64,000 bases of DNA from Geosiphon pyriformis uo1. Its lineage: Eukaryota; Fungi; Glomeromycota. The stretch's first letter is position 1, and each line of letters starts with the position of its first letter. This document shows, in pieces, positions 1-12,479 of this stretch. Position numbers and translations under genes: made by a program. The stretch covers positions 1,005,696 through 1,069,695 of the forward strand of contig JAAOMT010000602.1 in assembly GCA_016748015.1 (NCBI GenBank). The letters are read 5' to 3'. A model generated the notes under the pieces. The model searched no databases and had not been told where the DNA came from. It saw only the letters and a list, made by a program, of their open reading frames with translations.

Positions 1-811
1 AGATAAAAGCAATCATTGATGCAAGATACTTCTTTTGGATTAGATAATCAATTACAATTGATGATCTTTCCAGAAACATATTCAAATAAAAAACTTTAAA
101 GATTGCCTAAAAGAATTAAACAAGTATTAATAGAATAAAGAAAATGGCCATCAAAAAGATTAGTATTAGAATGCCAAAAATGCAAAGAAAAAATCAAAGA
201 TTTTTCAAGAATTTCTTGTTGTGCATATCAAGTAATATCTTTGGAATTTGATTTTCTTGCTTAAAAAAATGCAATTAAAGAATTAATTGAAAGTATAAGA
301 CATAAGTGCATTTTTTTTCCAAAATTTCATTGTGAATTAAATTTTATTGAAAGATATTAGAGAGCTGCTAAAAGATATACACATAACAAATGTAATTATT
401 TATGGAAAAAATTACAAAAAACAGTACTTGAAAGTCTTGAATCAATATCTTTAATAACTATTAAATGATTTTCAAGAAAATGTTGGTGTTATATGAATTT
501 TTATAGAAAAAGTCTTAATAGAAAATTAGTAAAATATGCTATAAAAAAGTATAAATCTTATAAAAAAATTCCAGATTATATTCTTAAAAAATTAGACAAA
601 TTAAATAATATTCAAACTTTGTAATACTGTATTTGGTTTTATATTATATAAAATTTAATAAAATTTTATTTTTTATTATAAATAATATATTAAAAACACA
701 TGTATATTAACCAATAAAATTTAATTATATAAATAAAAACATGTAAAAATCATCATTTAAAATTTTGGACTAATCTATATTTTTGATAATTATAAATAGT
801 TTGCACTATAG
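1..811 (+). mobile_element. Right part of an IS630/Tc1/mariner-type DNA transposon (transposase pseudogene C-terminus to ~620, putative right end ~811)
   Basis: Manual translation from 301 gives HKCIFFPKFHCELNFIERY*RAAKRYT...RKCWCYMNFYRK...KKYKSYKKIP, the PKFHCELNxIE motif of fungal Tc1-like DDE transposases, with in-frame stops. The element ends ...TTGCACTATAG, followed by TA (812-813) where LINE coding sequence starts, consistent with a TA target. Confidence 0.8.
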
Positions 812-1145
812 TACATATATTGTGTTATTTTATTAAATTGTGTATCAGTTCTAAGAATAATTTTTTAGTTGGAATTGTGAAAATTTTTTTATTTTGTGAC
901 TTGTTTTTTTTTGCAGCTCTGCTAAGTGTTTTTTATTTTTTTAATGGAATCCCAATGTCTGAGATTCCTGGATGCAATGGTTTCTTTGAAATGGCTTATT
1001 TTCTAAAATGCTATAGTATTGGTTTTGTGGAACAACTGTTAAACAAGAGTGGTAAATGTTTTAAATACTGAAAATATCTAGATTCACAAGGTTTTGTCTC
1101 TGCTTAATTTAGCTTGGCTGTCTGTTTTTTAAGTAACAAGCTATC
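812..1145 (+). pseudogene. LINE ORF2 fragment (region between RT and RNase H)
   Basis: ORF 820-1071 (IKLCISSKNNFLVGIVKIF...VEQLLNKSGKCFK) aligns by eye with 14136-14546 (IKLQVNPRDNFLAGMVK) and 30494-30748 (VSPVNNFLTGVVRIF). Confidence 0.8.
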
Positions 1146-1897
1146 TAACTTTTTCCCAGAAATTGCTTATTTAGAAGCTTATTAAAAATGTGTAGTTACT
1201 TTTGCTGTAAAAATCAATTCTTCTACAGGAATTTCATCTCTAAGCTATCCTAATAATTATACTATGAAAAGTAAAAAAAAATAAAAAAAATGTAAAAAAA
1301 ATAGAATTTTGTCAAGAAAATCGTTTTCTATTCAGATCTGGAGTTGCTAACAGATTACTAAAATTGGTAGCTAATCAATTTCAAAACATTAGTTGAAGTT
1401 TGGGAAATTATCAAGTATAATAATCAACAATTAGATTTTCAAATTTTTATTTTTATTGATTTGTAAAAATGTGTAAGGAATAATTGATTCTAATTAAGAT
1501 ATCTAAAAATAAGATATATTTTCTTGAAGAGAGAAGCTTTTCTTTTATACAACTTGTTGTAGTACTAGTCTTTAAACTTGTACTTTTTTCTTTGCTATAA
1601 TTTCAGCAAACTTAAGATACATTTCAGTAAACTACAAGTTATTTTTATAAATTATTAATTATTTCGGCCAATTTCTACCAATTTTGGCGAATTTTAAATA
1701 TTAAATAGTTTAGAATATTGTGTAATTTAATCATCTTAATTTCTATAATACAATTGGATTATTAATTGAATAATGATATTTGATAATTTGATTAACTAAT
1801 AAGTAATAATTGAAATAATAATAATATATACTAATTAATGCTAGGAATTAAAAGGGTAATTTCATGCTAATTAATAGCTAAAATTTTACTGGTAACA
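1146..1897 (-). repeat. Truncated family-B LTR
   Basis: Colinear with 39990-40774 and ends ...CTGGTAACA at 1897. The other end is missing. Confidence 0.85.
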
Positions 1898-3100
1898 ACA
1901 CCTTATAGTATCATATATAGTCTTAACAAAATGTCAAATATTGCCAAAAATTACCAAATTATTAGCCAGTAAGAATTTTTTCCGAATATTTATTGGGAAA
2001 ACAAGTCTTAAAGATGTAGTATAATTAGCAATTTTATTGTTTAATATGCCAGAATGGCCCTTTATTTTTGTCTAACTTACAGAAATTTTTTTACTTTTAA
2101 TTAAATTATTAATACAATATTACTTAATCTAATACTTATTATAAAAATCAAGTATTACTGATTTTAATTCAGCTTAATACATATTTATAGAAGCTTAACT
2201 ATCAAAAAAAATCACAACATTGAAAAGAACTAGAATGCATTTTAAAGCCAACACTATAGTCTGTAATTCAGCCAAAATTGACAAAAGCAATTCATAAATT
2301 TCTATCTCTACATTTAGACCCAAATTAAAAAAGTAAGTAGCAGTGCTATAAACCATGTTAAAAGACCCAAATTTTTTAACAGAATTATCAGTATAAATCA
2401 AAATCTTAGACAATAATGCTTTTTTTAATTAAAAATGAACAACATAAAAGTTACTCATATTAAACACACATGTATTAAGACTAGGACCAGAAGCAGATCA
2501 AAGATTACAAGCCAGGCCACTATCTTTAATAAACTTCAAAATTTGCACAAACTATGAAAAGACTGGATTTGTAAAATCTAACTATTTTTAATAATAAAAA
2601 TTTTTTCAAAAGAAGTACACTCCATGATTATTTAAAAATTGGTTTACAAAAACTATGCTGAAATGCTTAAAAAATTTATAGACCTGAAAATATTCAACTT
2701 GATCCAAAATATCTATTACAAAGATCTTATTTTTGAAATGAAAAGCATTAAACAAATTATTGTATAAAAAAATATTATTGTATAGAAAAATTTAAGCAAC
2801 ATCAGCAAAAAAGTTGTTTGCTAAATTGACTTTTAATTTAACCAAAAACTAAAAAAAATTATAAGAAACCTAGCTCAATATTTGCAAATTCAATAACCTA
2901 TGTTGAAAAAACCAACCAAAAATACCATAAACATTGGCAAAGTTTATTATTAATACTATTTTTTCTTTTATTTGTACTTGGTCAAAAGACTTCAAATTAT
3001 ACAGAAATAGATAATATATGATTTTATTAGAAAAGTTATTTGGCAAATTGGTCTTAGTTTTTAGGTTTTTTCTGATTAAACAATCTTATTTATTACATGT

Positions 3101-3985
3101 TGTTACAGGTGATTATTTGGAATCTCAAAGCAAATAACAAATCTGTAACTTGGTGCTTAATTGATATAATGTTGTTGGTAATATCTGAAGATGTTTATGG
3201 ATCTGAAGGTTTTGTTATCTGAAGGTTTTGGTTGAGTTCTTTGTATAATGAACAGAGATTTAATAATTGTTTTAGTAGTCTTCTGGAATTGCAATTCTGT
3301 CAAATTTTTTTTTCAGCATGATGGCCAGTAATCTTCCTGGTAAGCTATCTTAAAATCTATGAGTGTTCTACCTTTGTTTCATGGGTTTTTTACCAATCCT
3401 TATGACATCTGTAATTTTAGTACTTAATCTTTTACTTAATTAGTAAATAACAACAAAAAAAAGAAATAAAAATAAAAGAAATAAGAAATAAGAAATAAGA
3501 AATAAGCCAAGGCAATTCAAGTTAGTATTCTATCAATAGCTGTAATCAAGAGCTATTGTTCCAGTGTAGTTAAATATTGGATTTTATCAACATGAAGTGT
3601 TGATAAATAGAAAAGTGATTATATTTTCAAACAAATGACAATAACATAGATTTGAAGAATTGGAGAGATCTTTTATTTATATAATTCTATTTTAGTTGAT
3701 AGCAACTATCTTTGAAATGAGAGTTAATAAAAAAGAAAGAGGATTGTTCTAAATTAATAAAACTTTATTGAATTCTCCAGGAATTGCTTTTTCTGTTTTT
3801 AATACTTTCACTATATATATATAATTTATGTTATATGAGATTCCTTGAATTCCTCAATTCTCTAGCCAAAAATCCTGGAATCCTGCAATTTCTCATATGA
3901 AAATCCTGGAATTCCACATTTACTACATCTCCTTCTGATTGGCTAATTTATATGTTAATATACTTCCTATATTCTATGAGTAACA
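3101..3985 (-). repeat. 3' LTR of mini-element (family A)
   Basis: TGTTAC...GTAACA termini; matches 6930-7915 and 37956-38875. Confidence 0.92.
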
Positions 3986-4263
3986 TTATTCTCTCCTTTA
4001 ATATTGAGCTTCTGCAAAATCTTCTAAATCTCTTTTTTGTATCAATGTTGTTGCTGTAATTTCTATTGCTATTTGTAAATCTAATTTTATACATGACTGG
4101 AGTTTTTAACTATAATAGTCTGTTCAAAATATCTACATTCAAATCTTGCATCTGTATTATGTACATATTCAGACATAATGCTCTCATTATTATCACTGAA
4201 TTTAGTTAATTCTTGCTCCATTGTAAGATCTAGAAGCATGATATATTGTTCAGTGTTTGAAGT

Positions 4264-4460
4264 GGAGTTTGAATTGTTGTTGGCAGAGTTTAAATTGTTG
4301 TTGTTATTTAGTGAAGTTTGAATTGTTGTTGTCATTAGCAGAGTTTGAATTATTGTTGTCATCAGCAGAGTTTGAATTATTGTTGTCATTAGTGGAGTTT
4401 GAATCATTGCTGTCATTAGTAGAATTTGAATTATTGCTGTTATTAGCAGAGTTTGAATTG
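4264..4460 (-). repeat. 27-bp tandem repeat (~7 copies) encoding NSNSANDNN-like peptide in the pre-dUTPase linker
   Basis: Unit GAGTTTGAATTRTTGTTGTCATTAGCA; ORF 4304-4528. Confidence 0.85.
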
Positions 4461-4674
4461 GAATTAAGTTCCAATTTTGATTCCCATTTGTTTTTGCTGA
4501 TTGGCTCTTTTTTGAATATATGATACATAGGAGTAGATTGTGATTACATCCTAATATTTTGACTCAGGGCTGTTAGGTGAGTTTTGATAATTTATTGGTA
4601 CTGTGGAAATTAGGTTTTATTGGGCTATCAGAGGTAAGTTTTTTTGTATGATAGTGGTGTTTGGAATTTATTAG

Positions 4675-5658
4675 TGTTATCAGACAAAATTAGAAATATT
4701 GTTTAGCATGAAATTACCCTTATAAATTTTATTATTAATTAGCATATATTATTGTTTCAAATTATCACTTATTATATTAGCAAAATGTCCAAAATTATCA
4801 TTTAATTAATAACCCAATTTGTACATAACACAAATGTAACCTAAGTGTGATAATCAATCATGCAATATCCCGAAATATGTAACATTCAAAAGTTTGCCAA
4901 AATTTGTAGAAATTTGCCAAAATAATTGATAGTTCACCGAAATATTTAATAGTTCACAGAAATAACTTGTAGTTTACCAAAATATATCTTTAGTTCAGTG
5001 AAATTGTAGAAAAGAGCAAAGTTCAAGTTCATGGAATAGTGTTACAACAAGTTGTATAAAAGAAGAGCTTCTCTCTTCAAGAAAATATATCTTACTTTAG
5101 ATTTATTACTTAAAACCATTTCTACACACACAAAAAGAAATAAATATCAAATAATTCAAAAAACCAAATTCTTTAATTATTGCACTTGGAAAATCTCCAA
5201 AACCCAACTAACGTTTTGAAATTGATTAGCTACCAATTTCAGTAAAACTGTTAGTGACTTCAGGCCTGGATAGAAAATGTTTCCCTTAACAGAATTCTAT
5301 TTCTTTTATATTTCTTTTATTTTTTTTCTTTTATTTTTTTATTATAATCATTAGGATAGCCTACAGACAAGATTCCTGTAGAAGAGTTGACTTTTACAGC
5401 AAAGTGACTACACATTTTTAGTGAGCTTCCAGATGAGCAATTCCTGGAAAAGAGTTGACATTTACTACAATGTAACTACACAAAGCAACTGGCATGAAAT
5501 TGGCCATTCCACTTATAAGCCCAGCAGTTCAAATTATAGGAGATAATTTGAAGATAAAATTCAGTTATCGGAGGTTTAAACACTTTCCATAGTCATGAAT
5601 TAACAGCATTACAACAAACATACAAGAGTTAAGAAGAGACCAAAAATCTCCGGTAACA
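4675..5658 (+). repeat. Solo family-B LTR
   Basis: TGTTATCAGAC...CCGGTAACA; reverse complement of 58735-59696; flanks TTAG/TCGG; no adjacent PBS or PPT. Confidence 0.92.
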
Positions 5659-5769
5659 TCGGACTTTAAATGTTTGGGTTTTTTAATAATTTCTGGAGTT
5701 TGAATTGCTAGAAATTTAACAAGTTTTATCGACAATAAGTTTCTTTATATGATAGCAGGATTAGAATTA

Positions 5770-6800
5770 TCAGGTTTTAAATGTTTGAGTTTTTGAATGA
5801 TCAGGTCTTGAATAATCGGAGTTTTAACAAATTTTAACAAGTTTATCAAATGTAAATTTTGAATGTTCGGGGTTTTAATAATTGGGTTTTGAATAAATAG
5901 AGTTTTAATTTAACAAGTTTTAACAAATTTATCAATGGTAATTTTCGAATGTTTGGGGTTTTAATGATTAGATCTTGAATAATCAGAGTTTTAATTTAAT
6001 GAGTTTTTAATGAATTTATCAAAGATAATTTTCGAATGTTTGAGGTTTTAATGATCAGGTCTTGAATAATCAGAGTTTTAATTTAATGAGTTTTTAATGA
6101 ATTTATCAATAGTAAGTTTTGAATATTTAGGGTTTTAACAATTGGGTTTTGAATAATTGGAGTTTTAATTTAATGAGTTTTAACAAATTTATCAATGGTA
6201 ATTTTTGAATATTCAAGGTTTTAATAATTGGGTCTTGAATAATTGGAGTTTTAATTTAACAAGTTTTTTTAACAAATTTATTAATGGTAAGTTTCGAATG
6301 TTTGGAATTTTAACAATCAAGTCTTGAATAATCAGAGTTTTAATTTAACAAGTTTTTAACAACTTTATCAAAGGTAAGTTTTGAATGTTCAGATTTTTAA
6401 TGATCGGGTTTTGAATAATTGAAGTTTTAATTTAATGAGTTTCAATGAGTTTATTAATGGTAATTTTCGAATGTTCAGAGTTTTAATAATTGGGTCTTGA
6501 ATAATCAGAGTTTTAATTTAACAAGTTTTTAATGAATTTATCAATGGTAAGTTTTGAATGTTTGGAGTTTTAATGATTGGGTCTTGAATAATTGGAGTTT
6601 TAATTTAACAAATTTTTTAATGAATTTATCAACAGTAATTTTTGAATATTCAGGATTTTAATGATCGGGTCTTGAATAATTGGAGTTTTAATTTAATAAG
6701 TTTTTTAATGAATTTATCAACAGTAATTTTCAAATGTTCAGGGTTTTAACAATCAGGTCTTGAATAAGCGAAGTTTTAATTTTGACAAGTTTTTCAAAGG
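5770..6800. repeat. ~87-bp tandem array, ~12 units
   Basis: Anchor (C/T)TTGAATAA recurs at 5807, 5888, 5974, 6061, 6148, 6234, 6323, 6410, 6496, 6583, 6671, 6759. Confidence 0.93.
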
Positions 6801-6929
6801 TAATGATAAAATAAGGATTTTGTGAATCCTAAGTGATTTTCTCTTGGTTTCTCTTGGTCTGTCACTTTCTTGTATGGTTGTTGTTGGTACTAGTTCTCTG
6901 TTGGATTATATCTCACAAAGAGCACCAAA

Positions 6930-7915
6930 TATTACAGATGATTATTTGGGGTCTTAAAGCAAATAATAAATCCATAACTTGGTGTTTAATTAATATAATG
7001 TTGTTGGTAATATCTGAAGATGTTTATGGATCTGAAAGTTTTGTCATCTGAAGGTTTTGGTTGAGTTTTTTGTATAATAGACAGAGATTTAATAGTTGTT
7101 TCAGTAGTCTCCCAGAATCATAATTCCATTGAATTTCTTTCTCAGCATGGTGACTGGTAATCTTTTTAGTAAGCTATCCTTAAATCTATGAGTGTTCTAC
7201 CCTTGTTTTACGGGTTTTTTACCAGTCCCTATAATATCTGTAACTTTAGTGCTTAATTTTTTACTCAATTAGTAAATAACAACAAAAAAAAAGAAATAAA
7301 AATAAAAGAAATAAGAAATAAGAAATAAGAAATAAGCCAAGGCAATTTAAGTTAGTATTCTGTCAATAGTCATGATCAAGAGCTATTGTTTCAATGTAGT
7401 TAAGTGTTAAATTTTATCAACATGAAGTGTTGATAAATGAAAAAGTGATTATATTTTCAAACAAATGACAATAACATAGATTTGAAGAATTAGAGAAATC
7501 TTTTATTTATATAATTCTATTTCAGTTAATAGCAACTATCTTTGAAATAAGAGTTAATAAATAGAGAAGAAAAAAAATTGTTCTAAATTAATAAAACTTT
7601 ATTGAATTCTCCAGGAATTGCTTTTTCTGTTTTTAATATTCTTGCTATATATATATAATTTATGTTATACAAGATTTTTTGAATTTCTTAATTTTTTAGC
7701 CAGAAATCTTGGAATTCCTGGAATTTTGCAATTTCTTTAAGAGAAATTCTGGAATTCTGGAATTCTGGAATCTTGCAATTCCTCATATGAAAATCCTAAA
7801 ATTTCTGAAATCTTATAATTCTTCTGAGAGAAATCCTGGAATTTCACATTTATTATGTCTTCTTTTAATTGGCTAATTTATATGTTAATATATTTTTTAT
7901 ATTCTATGAATAACA
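6930..7915 (-). repeat. 5' LTR of mini-element (family A)
   Basis: Homologous to 3101-3985 with a longer GGAATTC-type repeat block; adjacent PBS reads TGGTGCTCTTTGTGAG on the minus strand. Confidence 0.92.
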
Positions 7916-10900
7916 ATGTACTCCTATTAATAAAGCTAAACTGAGTTCTATATTCAACAATCAATTATAAAACTACAGAAACCAAATATAAAAATTGCTT
8001 GTCTGAAATAGTCTTATATAAGACTATTAATACAAAAAACTTTACATCCAAATTTGTCTTTTTCATAGAAACTCTTGATTAACAAAAAAATGTCCAAATA
8101 TCAGTAAACTTTACCAGTTTTTGCAATTAAAATAGAAAAGCCACTTATATTTAAAAAAACATTACTAAATCTTGGGTTTATTAGAATTATTACTGTCTTT
8201 TTCATGTTTATTGAAATATTTATAATGTTAAAAATTCACTAGCAATATCTAAAATGTCTGAGTTACTGTACAACAATTGCCAACTCAAATTATATCATTC
8301 ACAAAGGCACCAACAGTTAGATAAAATGTTAAATCTGTATTAGTTTTAATTCTGCCAATTCTGAAAATAAATCTAAAATCTACATAATACCCAAAAACCA
8401 AATTATGCTTTCTTACTTTACACAAAAGAGAGTTATAAAAAATTCTTCAAAGAAGAGATGAAAAAATCTTACTTAATCCAAATTATTATATATCATGTAA
8501 TCATTAAACAGACTGAAGTCTGTTATTATTTTATTATTATGGTTATTGTAAATATAACTAAAGAACTTAATAAATTTATTATATATCTTAATTCTTTGTA
8601 AACTTTTTTTCAAATGTGACCATCCTACCAAATCATATGCTTTCCTTATATTTTGAAATACCAACCACACTTTTCTGTCTTTTTCCAAAACATTCTTTAT
8701 TATAAACTTAACAACAAAGATAAAAGATTAAGTCAAAATGCCTTTCAATACCAAGAAATTGTCTTCTCATAGAACACTATATATATTACAAACCCTAGAT
8801 ATCTAATTAGACAAAATTTTTGACAGAATTTTTATTATAGTCTCAACAAGAGCAATTGATTTAGTATTTGTTAAAACATTTTTTTATTTATAAGGCTTTG
8901 GAATTATTAACACCCAAATATTTTTTTAGACATTAAAAACAGATTTAACTATTAAACACAAATTAAGTAAATGTAAAAAAAAATCCAAAACACATTTGTC
9001 ATACTATTTTTATATTTTATTAGAAATACCAAACAGTTTAGCAGTCTTGCCATTAGGAAGACTATTAACTACCAACAAAAACTTATCAAGATCAATGTGC
9101 TCTATGATATCAGAAAATATTCTATCTTTAACATATTTAAGAGCTGTAAACTGCTTGTATCAACAAACAGGAACAATATCTTTAACTGTATATTTTTTTG
9201 TTCAATTTTTCATGATTAAATCAACTCTATACTTAACCAAATTAGATTTCAAAATCAGATTACTTTTGTTTATTAAATAATCTAATATAATTTTTCTAAA
9301 AAGCTTTTTCAACACACTTCTTATTATTTGATATTTGTTGCTGATAAAAACTTCTATGCATTTGGTAATAGCAGTTCTAATTTGAAAATCCTCAGCCACT
9401 TTAGATTCTGCTAATTTATGAGACCTATAAAATTTTTTAGAATAAGTCAATAATTGTTCAATCAAAATTCTGTTGTAACTATCATTGAAAATGTTCTTAA
9501 ATTTTATAGTCTGAATAAAATCCAATTCAATCTATTTGGTAATCAAAGCTTGAACTTTTATCATGTTATCTAGCCTATACACTTTCAAAATATTAGATAT
9601 TAGCAATTTCAATTTGTAAAACCTAGAGAATACAGCATATTTGAGTACATTAAAATCTTGGAACCATGTTTTTGAAAGAACAGCTTTGGTAACAAAACTT
9701 ATTATCTAACTGAAAAATTTTTACATTTTATTAACATCTAGATTTTTTTTACAGTCATTAAAGTTATTAACAGCAGTTAGAGCAGCAACTATTAACAAAT
9801 TTCCAAACTTTTTTCAGATCTTACTATTAACACCACTGATTTTGAACTTTTATTTATTCTTAATAGCCTGCTTACATATTGAAATAAGATAAAAATTGAG
9901 GAGTTTTTTTAAATTGATGTTTGTTAATACAATTATGTAATTGGTATCAAAAAACTCATTTAAACAATAAATTTGTTAATTATAAGAAAAACTCTTAAGA
10001 TTATCACTAACTAAAATAAAGTCTATACACTTCTTAACCTCTTTGGAATTGGATTATGTAGACAATTTACATACCAAAAAACCACTGAAAGAATTACACA
10101 ATTTCATATCTATAAACTTCTTGAAACTTGTATTGTGACCAGACTCATTTTTGTTAAAGTTTTTTCTGAGAATCATAAAAATACTACTATTCAGTATTTT
10201 AATCACCATTGAATTGATTTTACATGACTGAGTTAACTTTTTATCTAAAGTAGTTCCAGCATATAAATTTAGAATAGAAACTAAAAAACAACTTTTAAAT
10301 AGCAAACATATTAACAAAAGCCAACCAGTCATCTTCAAGACTTTGCACATGTATTTTACAATATTACTGTTAATTATTACAGCAACATTAATCTTTAGAT
10401 AATTAGAGTCAACACCTAAAGTAAAAACTTTAATTCTATTAAACTTGCTCATTATTTAAGAACAAATCTTGTCTCTTAGCTTTGTTTCTGTAACAATAGA
10501 TATAAAATTTTTTTGATTCTTATGCCAATAAATAATGTCTTTTTGCTTTGCTAAATTTTTTATATCTTTAATATTGCATATAGCAATTTTCCAAATTGAA
10601 TCACTCATTAAGTTAAAGAGAAGACCAAAAAATCCAAGCCAGCATATAACTAATTTAACTTCTCCAGAACCAAACTAACAGAAATCTCAAAAGCTACTAT
10701 TTTAGATTTCAATCCACTTATTTTGGTAGTTAAAATCTTGAAACTACTTAAACCCAAATCTGAAATCATGATATTAACAACTAAAAAAGGGGAAATAAGT
10801 AACATAAGTGAGTTATCCAAAACCATATTCAAATTCAACTTTAAAATTGAAAGATTAAACACAATAGAAAGAGAGAAATGAAAAAAAAATGCCAGAAACA

Positions 10901-12479
10901 CCAGATTTGTATTGCTCAACTTTCATGCAATATTTAAAACTTAATCAGCCAAAAGCTCTAAAAAATGTTTTAAAAAATTCAGGCAAGCATCAATCAATAA
11001 AAATTTTGGAAGAGCAGACACATTTTTTTTACTAAGTAAAGTATTAAAAAAAGAAAAACTAGAGCCAGAATCAAAGTGATTATTTTCAGAAAAAGCAGCA
11101 AGTAAAACCACTTGTGCTTAAGATTTACCACTAAAGGCAGCAGAATAAGAAATAGTAACACTTTTTTTGACATATAATTTGGCAAACTAAAGACAATTCA
11201 CATCTAAAACAACTTTTTTAAAACTTTTTAAAAAAGAAAAAGCAAAAACACCAAATATATTATACTCTAAAGCAAAATGCCCAAAATGCTCATATTTTTT
11301 ATACTGAACTAGATTTATTTTTGTCCAAAAAAGTTTAACATTATCAAAAATAGACTCTATGTAAAAAGCTGTTCCAATGTTTTATTTAACTTAAAACCAA
11401 TAATGACACAACAAATTTTATTGTCTGTCTCTAATGATTAATTAATGATGCAAGTTTTTTTATTAGCCTCTTCTAAAAGAGTACTCAAATTATAAACTGT
11501 TGTTTTTACAAACAAAATAAACAAAAGTGGCTTAAAACAATTCTTAAACATTTAAGTTTTTCAATTTTTTACAGTTATAACCACACACACCAAATTTTTT
11601 CCAATTAAGAATAATTATCTTGATGTCAACTGCTTAGTCTAACTTAATTCAGCAAATTCTATTACAGTTTTTTGCTACAGCCCAATTAATTGTACTTTAA
11701 TTAACTTAATTTGGCCAAATTTGAATACTACAGTAATGATCATATTTTTAGACATATTTATAAGAATTTTATTGATAATCACAGTCTGATCTGAATATAT
11801 TTTCTGTTTTTTGACATTATTGTTTATGATAATATCTTTTTTTTTGGCCAATAATGTGGTCTTTTTCATACTATTTTTTAAAGTGAAAATAGATTTGATA
11901 ATTTTTTTAAATTTTAAAGGAATAATAATCTCTTCAAAACCATTAACAGTTAAGAAAATTTTTTTGATTAACTGCATCTTTGCTGTTGCTAATTTGCTCT
12001 TTATTGCCAAAAGATTAATATCCAAAGTAAAAAATTTCTTGACTGTTACATCAATTTGAATTTTTACAATTTTAGAATTAACTCATATTTTGTTAAAAGA
12101 GATATTGAAAGAAAGAAAGAAAAACCCAACTTTTTCATCTATTTTAAAATTAAGAAAACCAAAAAAAAGTCACAATTCAAACCAGTAATCACCCTTTTTG
12201 TTTTAGAAATAATAACAGCTGAATTTAGAAAAGACTCACCATTAATATCAGTTATACTACTGTTTTTGTTATCATCAGACATACTGTCTACATTAGAATA
12301 CATACTATTATCAGACCCAAACTTGATTAAAAAAATATCTTTCTTATTATCAGAATGTTTAATATTCTCAAGAACAACTTTCTTTTTTTGTAAAAAAAAA
12401 ACCTTTAGCAGGACCATAAAAAGCATTTTTGGACATCTTTTTTTTAAATATGCTGCTATCTGAAGCAGCTCCCAAATTT

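Larger units (their letters stand above)
3101..7915 (-). mobile_element. Non-autonomous family-A LTR mini-element lacking pol
   Basis: Two LTRs (3101-3985, 6930-7915), PBS ~6910-6927, PPT ~3986-3999, and TSD ATGT at 3097-3100 and 7916-7919. LINE ORF2 is continuous across the insertion. Confidence 0.92.
1898..12479 (-). mobile_element. LINE copy 1 (decayed): ORF1 ~12470-10650; ORF2 10608-1898 with APE, RT and RNase H; interrupted by the LTR mini-element at 3101-7915; 5' UTR displaced to 19322-19440
   Basis: ORF fragments: APE (10054-10452), RT (8473-8688, WLVFQNIRKAYDLVGW), RNase H (2195-2413, IYTDNSVK...AELQTIVLAL; KIKGHSG at ~2050-2070), ORF1 (11675-12426) homologous to 18371-19174. Confidence 0.9.

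Noticed and set aside
5770-6800. CRISPR-like array
   Set aside because: Units are homologous along their whole length with no unique spacers, there are no cas genes, and the context is eukaryotic TE DNA.
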